Assembly (NCBI RefSeq): GCF_006345805.1 | Contig: NC_043003.1 | Coordinates: 2,976,001-3,040,000, forward strand | DNA: 64,000 bases | Origin: Octopus sinensis | Taxonomy: Eukaryota | Direction of reading: 5' to 3' | Shown: positions 25,544 to 38,200 of the stretch, piece after piece | Layout: every line of letters begins with the position of its first letter | Position numbering within the stretch: position 1 is the first letter of the stretch | Translations under genes and position numbers: made by a program | Notes under the pieces: model-generated | The model's database searches: none | What the model was told of the DNA's origin: nothing | The model's input: only the letters and a program-made list of their open reading frames with translations

Positions 25544-26288
25544 TTAACATCCATTTTTCCATACTGGCATGGGTTGGACGGTTCAACTGGGGTCTGGCAA
25601 GCCAGATGGCTGCACCTGGCTCCAGTCTTGATCTGGCAGAGTTTCTACAGCTGGATGCCCTCCCTAACGCCAACCACTCTGAGAGTGCATTGGGTGCCTT
25701 TTACGTGCCACCGGCACGAGGGCCAGTTAGGCGGAACTGGCATCGACCATGCTTGAATGGTGCTTTTTATGTGCCTCTGGCACGGGAGCCAGTCAGGTGG
25801 CACTGGCAATTTATATACATGATGTGATAAAGAATTTGAGAGTTTTAGTTGTGTATTTTCATGTATTAATGGAGTGTTACTTTGGGAAATTCATTTTTAT
25901 TATCTTTTAACGTGTCTTCCATACTGGCATCGGCTGGACTGTTCAACACGATTCACCAAGTGGCAAGACTGCATCAGGCTCTGTTTTGGTGCTAATTAAA
26001 AAAAGTTGTTTTTATTTCCACTGTGAAGAATTACCTGTGTGAAATCTTCTTTACCTTACCTTTGAGATATGTTTGTTTGACACCATCTCTGGCATTTCTT
26101 CCTATGTTATTTATCTGTAATGCATGCTCATGTCAGTACAGTTTTCCATTCCTGCATTTCTTGACCAATACCCATTCTTTGAAACCTGACTGTTTTTTGT
26201 TTAGAATTGCTATGAAAACAACATCTCAAACTCACTTGTTTGTCTCTGAGCCATTCTTTCATCACATTGTTTATAGAAATCTACATTA

Positions 26289-26690
26289 AGGTGGCGAGCT
26301 GGCAGAAATGTTAGTACACCGGGTGAAATGCGTAGCCATATTTCGTCTGTTGCTACGTTCTGAGTTCAAATTCTGCCGAGGTCGACTTTGCCTTTCATCC
26401 TTTCAGGGTCGATTAAATAAGTACTAGTTACGCACTGGGGTCAATATAATCGACTTAATCCGTGTGTCTGTCCTTGTTTGTCCTCTCTGTGTTTAGCCCC
26501 TTGTGGGTAGTAAAGAAATAGTTATTTTGTCTGTCTTTACGTTCTGAGTTCAAATTCCACCGAGGTCAACTTTGCCTTTCATCCTTTTGGGGGAGTCGAT
26601 AAACTAAGTACCAGTTGTGCACTGGGATCGATCTATTCGACTGGCTTCCTGCCCCAAAATTTTCGGGCCTTGTGCCTAGAGTAGAAAATA
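26289..26690 (+). mobile_element. Dimeric SINE family B element
   Basis: Full head plus body 1 (...gtagtaaagaaatag), then a second 5'-truncated unit with a different tail. Confidence 0.8.
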
Positions 26691-26956
26691 TACAAAACTA
26701 CATCACATCTTAATCATTTTTGCCTTGGGTCTGGTGAAGCTAACAGGGAAATAGGACTCAAATCACGAGTATCTACCTGTCTATTATTAAATAATCAGCA
26801 AAAGTCACAGAGTGACTTAAGGGCCGAGAGTTTCATGCATTGGCTTGTGTCAAAACTTAGCTTAATAATTTATGTCGGAAAGAAATATAACAAGTTATTT
26901 TAAAGGAATGGTTATTCATATTTTACCTTTGAAAGTTCCAATCAGATTGTTTGAAA

Positions 26957-27343
26957 TCATCATCATCATCATCATTTAGCGTCCGCTTTCCATGCTAGCA
27001 TGGGTTGGACGGTTCAACTGGGGTCTGTGAAGCCAGGAGGCTGCACCAGGCCCAGTCTGATCTGGCAGTGTTTCTACGGCTGGATGCCCTTCCTAACGCC
27101 AACCACTCCGTGAGTGTAGTGGGTGCTTTTTACATGCCACCCACACAGGTGCCAGACGGAGCTGGCAAACGGCCACGGACGGATGGTGCCTTTTACGTGC
27201 CACCGGCACGGGGGCCAGGCGAGTCTGGCAATGCCCACGATCGGATGGTGCTTTTTTCTTTGCCGGTGGCACGTAAAAAGCACCCACTACACTCACGGAG
27301 TGGTTGGCGTTAGGAAGGGCATCCAGCCGTAGAAACACTGCCA
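26957..27343 (-). mobile_element. Young RTE 3' end with an adjoining inverted partial copy
   Basis: (CAT)n start; 27265-27343 is the reverse complement of 27063-27141. Confidence 0.9.
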
Positions 27344-27485
27344 AATACTTTGGAAAAATTACTAACGTTATGAATTTTTAGCATTTTGTGTCATGTGATT
27401 TTTTTTCATGCCATAATTAATTAGGTTTAAATTAATGAAGATTTTAGTTAAACATTGTTTTTATTTTGCAACCATTTTCTTGTAG

Positions 27486-27558
27486 TTTGCTGGATTTTCC
27501 GCAGAGGCATTAACAAATAGAATCCTTGATGCCAAGTGCTGTGCAATTGTGACTGCAG
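27486..27558 (+). CDS. ACSS2: ACSS alternative exon B (73 nt, phase 0 to 1): FAGFSAEALTNRILDAKCCAIVTA
   Basis: ccattttcttgtag|TTTGCTGGA...ACTGCAG|gtgatt; open frame; closer to the canonical Acs sequence than exon A. Confidence 0.9.
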
Positions 27559-29946
27559 GTGATTCTTAGAGTGCTCTTTGTTGCTTTGCGTCTTCACACT
27601 AACTGCTTGGTGCTCTCTTTACACTAAAATCCGAACCAACAAAATCTGCACAACTCATCTGATGTTTTTGTTTCTAAATTTTTCAATGTCAAATTCTTAA
27701 CAGAAACGATTCTTTAAAAACTAATATCATTTAGAACTGTACAATAGCCACAGAAAGCATTTACAAACACACACGTGAGTCTATACATATAAGTGTATAC
27801 ACTTATAGATTCTCAATACCTGCATGTATGTGTATATGTGCATTTCATAAATGCATACATGTATTTGAGTGTGTATGTGCATACATAGAAAGCACATTCA
27901 CATCTACACATACACACACATATCTATATTAATTAATAATTAAAGGAAGTAAAAGCAGTACCAGCATGCTAAATATAGCAGTCAAAATGCTTGTTAGTAC
28001 CCTTAATTATTAATTGATAAATTTTTTACCGTTATGGGTTTTTTTTCCACATGCTAAGCCACTGGTATTATTATAGACATTATTATAATGGGTGTCACAA
28101 GGCTTTGATTGGCCCAAGGCTATAGCAGAAGACACTTGCCCAAAGTGGCACAGAGTAGGACTGAACCTGAAACCATGTGGGTTGGGAAGTAACCTTCTTA
28201 CCACACAGCCACACTATCACTTACATGATATCCTCCTATATATTTATATATAGATGTATTATTTTTGCTTGTGCATAGCATTACTAATAACCTGGTGTTA
28301 GAATTCAGTATGCATATGCTCCAGAACAAAACATCAGTCAAGTACAGAGCAGAGTAATATGGAATTAAAATGACAAGGAACTTTTATAGCATATTGTAGC
28401 AGAAACTGCTGTAAGCTACTGAAATGCATGGCATAATTATTTATTTCTTTGTCATTTTAGTTTCTTATGTGTGTGTGTGTGTGTGTGCATGCATGTATAT
28501 ATGCATGCATGTATGTATATGCATGCATGTGTTAATGCGTATCTATACACGTGTGTATGTATCTATTAACCCTTTAGTGTTCAGATTACTCTGTTAAATG
28601 CAATATTTTTTCACTCAAATTGTTTTTAATTAATCCTGCATTATCTTATAGCTTTGAGGTTTCAGTGATGTGATTGTTTATTTTTAGAATGTCAATGTAG
28701 GTTAGGTGTGAGAGGCCAGATATGGCTGGTTTAAACACTAAAGGGTTAAGTAACATAAGTTTATAAATTAATTCTATATTACACTAATTGCCAAACTTAC
28801 ACCACCAGAAAGTTTTCTTCTGGATATTAACCAATACAGAAATGGTCTGAAGCAGCATGAGTGATTGTGTTTAATTCTTAACGAGCATCCTAATTAGAAA
28901 CACTCTAGCCATAATCATCCAATCTCAACGTTTTTAATCTATCTAGGACCATATTAATCGTGTTGCTTTTTGTTTTGTTTTTTAAGACATTAAGGTGTGA
29001 TTTGAGGGAGATTTAGCTGCTATTTGCTGCTGGTTGAATGACTATGTTGAGGTTCCGTTGCTGGGTTAAAAATGGTTTTTAACTGCACTGAAGCTATATG
29101 GGACTCCACGGTTCCTTCGCTTAATAAAACTTGCATGTTTTCTCTTAATCTTGAAACCGTTTTATTACTAGAAATATTCTTGTATTTCTATTTGTATAAA
29201 TATATGTATTTGTGCGTCTGTGTGTGCATATATGTATTTGTCTCTGTGTGTATACAAATGTATGTATATCATCATCATCATCATCATCATCGTTTAATGC
29301 CAGTTTTCCTTGCTGGCATGGGTTGGACAGTTTGACGGGAGGTGGCCAGCTGAAGAGCTTCCCAGGCCCCGTGTCTGTTTTGGCGTGGTTTCTGTAGATG
29401 GATGCCCTTCCTAATGCCAACCACCTTATACAGTTTACTGATTGCTTTTACGCAGCACCAACACAGGTGCTTATTACATGTCTTCAGTGCCCACGAGCCT
29501 GCAAGGTTAGGGTTGTTTAGCTGAAGAGAGATGCAGGGGACATAGCTGGATGCAAGAACAACCGTGATTTTGCTTAGCTTGGTGTGTCTTCTCAAGCACA
29601 GCAGACTGCCTGAAGTTTCAGTCCCCTGTCATCCTCTCTGTGAGGCCCAACGTCAGAAGATCCTTTCCCTCCATATATGTGTGCATATAGAGTGTTAGGT
29701 GTGGTGTACAGAATTGAATATCGAGAAAAAAAGTTGTCAGAATTTTGGGAAAAAAATTCTTTTATTTCTTAAAAAAACAAAACAAAAACAGAAACAATGT
29801 TCTCTTCTAACCCCCCCCCCCCCAAAAAAAATCTGTTTTATATAAATGAACAAGCTGTTTGTGCATTCACAAAATTGTATTTGACGAATTCTAGAGAGGA
29901 ACGAAAGCGATAATAATAATGAAGAAATAAAAGGATTTTTTCCCAA

Positions 29947-29991
<45 letters not shown>

Positions 29992-32900
29992 GATATATAT
30001 ATATATATATATATGTATATGAATTAAAAAAAGAGAATTTGGATAAAAACTATTCATTTAGTGCTTTCATCCCGTTCACCATGACTAATCTCTGAAAGGG
30101 ATGAAAGTGCTGGATAAGCTGGTTTTATCCAAATCCTGATTACCTTCTTTTTCTTAATATATAAAATCTGTACAGTTCTTTAAACAATCTATACGAACTT
30201 ACATATATATATGCGTGTGTGTGTGGGCACCCATGCCAGTGCTGCATAAATGTACCCAGCACACTCTGTAAAGTGGTTGGCATTAGGAAGGGCATCCAGT
30301 TGTAGAAACCAGGCCAAAACAGACAACTGGAGCCTGGTGCAGCTCTCTGGCTTACCAGGTCTGGTCAAACCGTCCAACCCATGCCAGCATGGAAAGCTGA
30401 TGTATGATGATGATGATGATGACTGTTAGGTAATTGCTTTGTTAGTTGTTGACAGGAAATGGCTACGATCTCATAACTTTCTCACAGCATATCTTAAAAT
30501 GTTTTATCAAAAACAAATTATTGGAAAATCTCAGCTCATTTTATTCTTTTGGTATTTGGTTTCTGTGATGTCAGATTCATTTAGGGCAATGGCTTTCAAC
30601 AAAGCCCTTTATGGCTCTTTAGGGTCCATATAAGATTCCGTTAAAATTTATCTGTGAGTGATAGTGTGGCTGTGTGGTAAGAAGCTTACTTCCCAACCAC
30701 ATCGTTTCAGGTTCAGTCCTTCTGTGTGGCACTTTGGGCAAGGGTCTTCTGCTATAGCCTTGGGCCAATCAAAGCCTTGTGACACCCATTATACTCTTAG
30801 AGTGGTTGGCATTCAGCCATAGAAACCATGCCAAATCAGACTGGCGTCTAGTGCAGCCTTCCAGCTGGCCAGTCCTGGTCAAAGTGTCCAACCCATGCCA
30901 GCATGGACAACAGACAAATCAAATCACAATCAAACGGAAATTGTAGTTGTGGCCGATGCCAGTGTCACCTTACTGGCTCCTGTGCTGGTGACATGCAATA
31001 AGCACCATTCATGCGTGGGTCATTGCCAGTGCTGCCTGACTGGCTACATGTGCCATTGGCACATAAAAAGCACCATCTGAACATGGTCGATGCCAGCCCC
31101 CCTGCCCTGACTGGCTCCTGTGCCAGTGCTGCCTGACTGGCTCCTGTGCCGGTGGCATGTAAAAAGCACCCACTACACTCTCGGAGTGGTTGGCGTTAGG
31201 AAGGACATCCAGCTGTAGAAACTCTGCCAGATCAAGATTGGACTGTGGTACAGCCTCCTGGCTTGCCAGTCTCCAGTCAAGCCATCCAACCCATGCCAGC
31301 ATCGAATATGGATGTTAAACGATGATGAGTTAAAATATAACATGTTTTTTTTTAAGAATCACATAGCTAGGAGGGTCCCTTTGAGTAGAATAGGCACCAA
31401 AGGGGTCCATAGGTAAGAAAATGGTTGAGGGTGGGGAAGAGGTGGGATAAATTCCCCTCTATTTAGAGGAACTAGACTGTGTTAGTGAATGCATGAAAAA
31501 ACAAATGGGACGTCGTTAATTAAAAGTACTTGTCATGCATGATGAGCAGAGTGTGACCAGCAGTGGGAGCAGCATTATGTAAGATGTGTTGAGTGCAGCA
31601 TTTGGGGGTTGGACTTAAGAAACTCTTGCATTTGGTTGGCAATTTATGTTGAGATATGTACATGTATCACATAATCAACCAGACAATCAGATGTTGTTAT
31701 ACATCACTGGTCACAATGCACTTTGCATTGCTTTAGCTTTCAAATAACGTCACTCCACTTCTGTTACACACACACACACTATATATATATATGTGTGTGT
31801 GTGTGTGTGGCTTTTGTTATGCGGTGTCGATTTTTACAATTCTGTAAATAATAATAATAATAGCATTTTATAAGCCCTGGGAAAACCTACTTTTTTCCAT
31901 CTAGGTGTTATATGCCCCATTATTAGACTATTTTCTTTAGCATGGTGATCGCTTATAAGCTTTAAGATTATAAAATACTATTATATATATATATATATAT
32001 CATCATCATCGTCGTTTAACGTCCGTTTTCCATGCTAGCACGGGTTGGACGGTTTGACTGGGGTCTGGGAAGCCAGGAGGCTGCACCAGGCTCCAGTCTG
32101 ATCTAGTAGTGTTTCTACAGCTGGATGCCCTTCCTAACGCCAATCACTCCGAGAGTGTAGTGGGTGCTTTTTACGTGCCACCGGCACAGGTGCCAGGCGA
32201 GGCTGGCAATGGCCACGATCGGATTGGTGCTTTTTACATGCCACTGGCATGGAAGCCAGTCAAGGCAGCGCTGGCATCGGCCACATTCGGATGGTGCTTT
32301 TTATGTGCCACTGGCACAGAAGCCAGTCCAGGCGGCGCTGGCATCGGCCAAGTGTGTGTGTGTGAGTATTAGGTTTAGTCAATCAAGTTGACTCCAGTAT
32401 TATTTTTTTAATTATGGCACTAATTCTATCGGCCCCTTTTGCCTAACTGCTAAAATACAGGGACATAACCATCAGGTAGCCTTTAAAGTAAGTTTCCCTG
32501 GGGCCTCAAAGTATTCGCTATGATATTAAATGCACTGTCATATAATGGAAGGAAACTAAGATGCTACTTATAAGTTGAAGAGAAGCTGCATATCTTTACA
32601 TCCAAATTAAATAGATTAAATAAAAGAAATGAATTAATAGTAAGATGTTTACATCTACTTAGAGGGACCTTCAAAACCTTCCCAAATAAAAGGGGGACTG
32701 GTTAATGTACCCAAATATAATATGTTGCATCTACCTTTCTTAGTCTGTTATATTTAGTATTTTTATGCAGCTAGTATTTAGTAGCAGTTACACTAATATT
32801 TATTTTGTAAGGCATCGAGCTGGCAGAAACATTAGCACACCAGATGAAATGTGGTATTTCGCCTGTCTTTACGTTCTGAGTTCAAATTCTGCCACGGTCA

Positions 32901-35172
32901 GCTTTGCATTTCATCCTTTCGGGAGTCGATAGATTAAATACCAGTTGCGTACTGCAATTGATCTAATCAACTGGCCCCCTCCCCAGAATTTTCGGGCCTT
33001 GTGCCTAGCGTAGAAAGGAATATTTATTTTCTCTAATTATTTTAGTTATCTTAATTTCTTAATTTTCTAATTTTTATTATTATTATTATATTTTAGTTAT
33101 TGTTTTTGTCATTGATATTATTATTATTATTTGAATTTTTTAAATCTGTAAATAGATTGTTTAATTATTTTTTAAACACTTTTTAGTCTTTTTAATCACT
33201 TCTTAATTTATTAATTTTTTTTTATCTAAGTTTATCTTAGTCATATCAGAATTATTCTAATTTTTAATATTTATTCTTTTAAGGAAAATAATTCTTCTGA
33301 CATTGAATGTCTTCGTTAGCCAATAATACATCAGTTTATTTTCTGTTTGAATTCTCATTAACTCTTCCTGTCTTCTTCTACTCATAGTTTATATTTAGAT
33401 TTAATACTGATCAAATGACATTTCCATTGTGGCTTAAACAATTTCCTACGGAACAGCTCGGTCCTACACACCTCCTCTCTCTATTTGAATTAATCAGAAG
33501 TAATTTAAATGCTGCAGGAATTTTTGCCATAAACATTCTTCAAATTGACAAATGATTTAAGAAACAAAATGTCCTATTACATCTCTACCATGACCCAATA
33601 ACTATTCTTCCTAAGCAGATCTGCTGAAATAACTTCCCTTATGGCTTATACTGGTCACATGTTTCTAGTTTTACAACTTTCTATCTCCCTTAAAACGTTC
33701 TCGATTCCAAGTTGTGCTGTATAGTTTTGGAAACGATAGGATGGTGCTTAAACTCTGTAGAATCCCAGTTGATCAGAAATGGGACTGATTAATAGGCATA
33801 ATTACTGCATCATAGAATTTTTTAATTTGCTAGATTATCTAAAAAACACATAAGTGAATTAAAGAATATGTAATTCTCCATTCTTCGTATTTCTCTTCTT
33901 TACTCTGTAATTTTGTACTAAATATATTTGGTATCTGAATTTTGGATTGACATATTGGACAGACAGCAGAGAGAAATTTTATGGTCTATGTAGATTAAAA
34001 TGGCTTTTACTGGACAATTTAACCAAGTTTGTTCCCTACAGAATGCTTCTAAAGTATTCATCTGAATTTTTAATCCCTTTTCCATTGTGTGTGTGTGTGC
34101 ATGCATGTGTGTGTATGGGGTGAGAGAGAGAGAGATACAAAGTGTTATCAGATTTTCTTGATACATATGTTGCATAAATCCTATTCTCTCAGTAGGCTGC
34201 CATCCAATAATCATTGCCTGCATGTGCACACTGCCAGTGAGCAGCACAAAGACAGCATGTATTTATTTCTTTATTGTCCACAGGGGGCTAAACATAGAGG
34301 GGACAAACAAGGACAGACAAAAGGATTAAGTCGATTACATCGACCCCAGTGTGTAACTGGTGCTTATTCAATCGACCCCGAAAGGATGAAATGCAAATTC
34401 AACCTTGGCGGTATTTGAACTCAGAACATAATGGCAGACGAAATGCCGCTAAGCATTTCACTTGGCATGCTAACGTTTCTGCCAGCACGTATGCCTAGAC
34501 ATTTTCTCATATTACATTTCATATACAAAATTGGTTGGGCAACTTTTACAATGAAATCATCATCATTGTCTTATATGAATTTTGGTTTATTCCCTGTCAG
34601 GCCTTCCCTGGCAGTTAGGCCTCTTGATCAGGACAGATTTGTGCAATTTTTTGCAAAAAAAACTTTGTTGAGAATTCTTCCCTTTTTAAATTATTTACAT
34701 GTCAGCTTGACCGTTTCACAAGACATAATTCGTTAAAACTTACCAAAACTTCAGAAGTTCTTACAACTTTGGTTGTTGTAATGCTTTCCTTTCTTTTGTT
34801 TAATAAAAATTCCTCCTCCTAAGATTTTGCTTTCATTCTGTGATAGACAACTGTCACGCAGAAAATGCCAGCTTCCAAACCCTGTTTTCTGATTAGGTAA
34901 AATTGATTAAACTTTAAACCTCTGTAACATTTTCCTGCAATTTTTCAGGAATAAATAAATAAGAAAATTGAATTTAATGTGGAAAATCATTTCAATACAC
35001 CAAATTTGAAAATTTTAACATAATTTTAAAATTTCATAAAATGTGACAGCAAGAGGAAGGACTTGACAGAAATAGAGAGAGGGGCAGTTCTAGACACACA
35101 GACACGCATTTACAAATGTACCCAGGTAATCACGAATTTAAAATGGTATATAGTAGACATATGAATATAAAA

Positions 35173-35785
35173 GCACGTAAAAGCACCATCCGTTCGTGGC
35201 CGTTTGCCAGCTCTGTCTGGCCCCGTGTCGGTGGCACGTAAAAGCACCATCCGTCCGTGTCCGTTGCCAGCCTCGGCTGGCCCCCGTGCCGGTGACACGT
35301 AAAAGCACCATCCGCTCGTGGCCGTTTGCCAGCTCTGTCTGGCAACCGTGTCGGTGGCACGTAAAAGCACCATCCGTTCGCGTCCGTTGCCAGCCTCGGC
35401 TGGCCCCCATGCCGGTGACACGTAAAAGCACCGTCCGTTCATGGCCGGTTGCCAGCTCTGTCTGGCCCCGTGTCGGTGGCACGTAAAAGCACCATCCGTT
35501 CGTGTCCGTTGCCAGCATCGCCTAGCCCCGTGCCGGTGACACGTAAAAGCACCATCCGTTCATGGCCGTTCGCCAGCTCTGTCTGGCACCTGTGCAGGTG
35601 GCACGTAAAAAACACCCACTACACTCGCGGAGTGGTTGGCGTTAGGAAGGGCATCCAGCCGTAGAAACACTGCCAGATCTGACTGGGCCTGACAAAGCCT
35701 TCCAGCTTCACAGACCCCAGTTGACCCGTCCAACCCATGCTAGCATGGAAAACGGACACTAAACGATGATGATGATGATGATGTA
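35173..35785 (+). repeat. RTE 3' UTR with an expanded ~61-bp alternating (A/B) tandem array
   Basis: cacgtaaaagcacc unit starts at about 35174, 35235, 35296, 35358, 35419, 35480 and 35540; normal (GAT)n tail follows. Confidence 0.9.
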
Positions 35786-37940
35786 TGTATGTGTGTCTAT
35801 GTGTGAGTGTTTCTTAGCGATGGACAACAGAAATTCCACCTGTGAACAATTGTTGTCAACTTACCCCCTCTCTCCTTAAAGCTATGTATTCCTCATACCC
35901 ACCTTTATTTCCCTTCCTCAGCATTTTAAAAGTTACTTGTGTGTGGAGGGGGGGGGATGTATCTATGTATTTATGAAAGTCTACGAGATGTGTGTATATC
36001 CCTGAATGACAGCTGTATTAATGTTATCGTCCCATTGCCACTCCATATTTGTTACTTACACAACTCTGTTTTTCCCTTCCTTGATATCAGTCATTCTCCC
36101 TATGCCACCTGACTACCCTCACACTAACACTCTGGCACCCTTCTCATTTTATCAAATAATAGCCTGTCCTACCATTTCAGCTTTATAAGTTATTAGATGG
36201 CATGAGATAAATACACGCACACACACATGCACACACGCACACATTGGTATAGTTTGATAGACAGATAATAGAGAGGTGTATAGACTGACTTTAACTATGA
36301 CAGCTATGACAAATCTACGAACATGTTTACATATTTATATTTGTATTGTTTTATACTGTAAATTATGGAGGATGTAGGAGTTAATATTTATGTATTTATT
36401 TAATCCATCTGTGCTAATATTCTTGATAATAAGCCAGTTATAATCAAGGATTTTTAGGGATTCAATTAAAAGCATTTGCTTTTTAAATTTAATTGGTGGT
36501 AATTAAGCTCATGTTTAGAACATAACTACAGGTCTTTTGAAATTTGGAGAAGGGATTTCATTTAAATACATTTTAAAACAGACCGTTTTGTACCAAAGAA
36601 CAACAGACAAGTTGGTTTCAAAGCATTTAATTCTGTGGTAGATTTAAACCCATCCGAAGCAGCCTCGATTCTGTGATACAAATCCAGTATTTAAATCCTT
36701 TTGTTGCTATGATTCTGTTGAAACTTGTCAGTTAATTTTGAAAATAATAAAGAATTTAATAAAAACTGGGATTTAGAATGAAAATTGGTTTGAAATTTTT
36801 ATGGCAGGATCTAATTTAGATCACTTTAAACAGGAGATTGTATCCATAGAACCAAGGACAATTATAGGTGGATTCATTCTTGATTTAAAGCCATCATCTT
36901 AATTTAATGTAATAAAACTTCCGTTCAAATATGTCCGTTTTCCAGCTTAATGAAAATAGGTTATTTTTACTAAATCCTTAACTTCTGATTATTTTCAAAA
37001 TTGAGACCAATAGGTTGTGTATTTCATTAGAAATATGATCACTAAAAGACTAATTAATTGTTTTACTAATTGAAAGTTGTTTTTGTGTTTTGTGCATGAA
37101 TTTCATTTGTTGAATATTGTTAATGTCTCATCACTGCTAATTAATTTGGTTCATTTTATTGTTTGTTAACACTTCTATTTCTCATTAATTGGAAGATCTT
37201 GTGGTTTTATGCATGCATTTCCTAATAAATAGATTTATTAAAAAAACGTGTTTTGTCTTACCAGAATTCAAAATGGTAAGTTTTTGTGTATTGAGCGAAA
37301 GGAATTTAGTTTTCTCCTTCTTTGTTTGTTGTTCATTCTAGTGATTGTCTTGGTATCTTTTTCCAAAATATTTCCTGTGAACATTGATCTTTGCATCTTC
37401 TGGTTCCTTTGGTTCAACCAAAACCATAGAACAAGAATGCAGAAACTCTCATGTAACATATGGTCCTTGATATGAATATTTACAGAGTATAAGGTGGCAA
37501 GCAGGTAGGATCGTTAGCATACCTGACAAAATGCTTCACAGTATTTCATCCGTCTTAAAGTTCTGGGTTCAAATTCTGCTGAGGTCCACTTTGCCTTTCA
37601 TCCTTTTGGGGTTCATAAAATAAGTACCAGTTGAATACTGGGGTCGATCTAATCGAGTTTTAGCCTTACGCCAAAATTTCACACCAATATTTACAGAGTA
37701 CAGAATTCATGGTTGTCCAAGAATTTATTTAACTTCTTTTTTATAGACATTTATGGAAAAACATTTTCTAAGATGAGCAAACTGGATTTTGTAGGAATCT
37801 CCTTGATAGTTTTATTTTGCCTTTATTTCTTTATTTGAATTAATTTCAATATATCCATGCACAGTAGTGAAAGAGAGGCAATGAATGCAGAGTATGGATA
37901 CTCTGTACATATGTCATCATCATTTAATATCTATTTTCCC

Positions 37941-38200
37941 ATGCTGGTACCACATAAAAAGCACCCGTGCTGGTGTCACATAATAGGCATCCGTGCTGGT
38001 GGCACATAAAAAGCACCTGTGCTGGTGTCACATAGAAAGCACCTGTGCTGGTGTCACATAAAAAGCACCTGTGCTGGTGTCACATAAAAAGATCCCATGC
38101 TGGTGTCACATAAAAAGCACCCGTGCTGGTGTCACATAAAAAGATCCCATGCTGATGCCACATAGAAAGCACCCATGCTGGTGGCAGAAAAAAGTACCTA
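37941..38200 (+). repeat. 10 x 26-bp minisatellite (gtgctggtgtcacataaaaagcacct) at the 5' side of an RTE tail
   Basis: Exact 26-nt period from 37941 to 38175. Confidence 0.9.

Noticed and set aside
15832-27558. Exons A and B as parts of two separate ACS paralogs
   Set aside because: All other exons occur once, and both copies splice in frame to the same neighbours.
34757-34889. Minus-strand exon-like open segment
   Set aside because: No homology, weak acceptor, and it probably lies in an unclassified repeat.
35173-38200. CRISPR-like appearance of the 61-bp and 26-bp arrays
   Set aside because: No unique spacers, eukaryotic context, and the units derive from the RTE 3' UTR.
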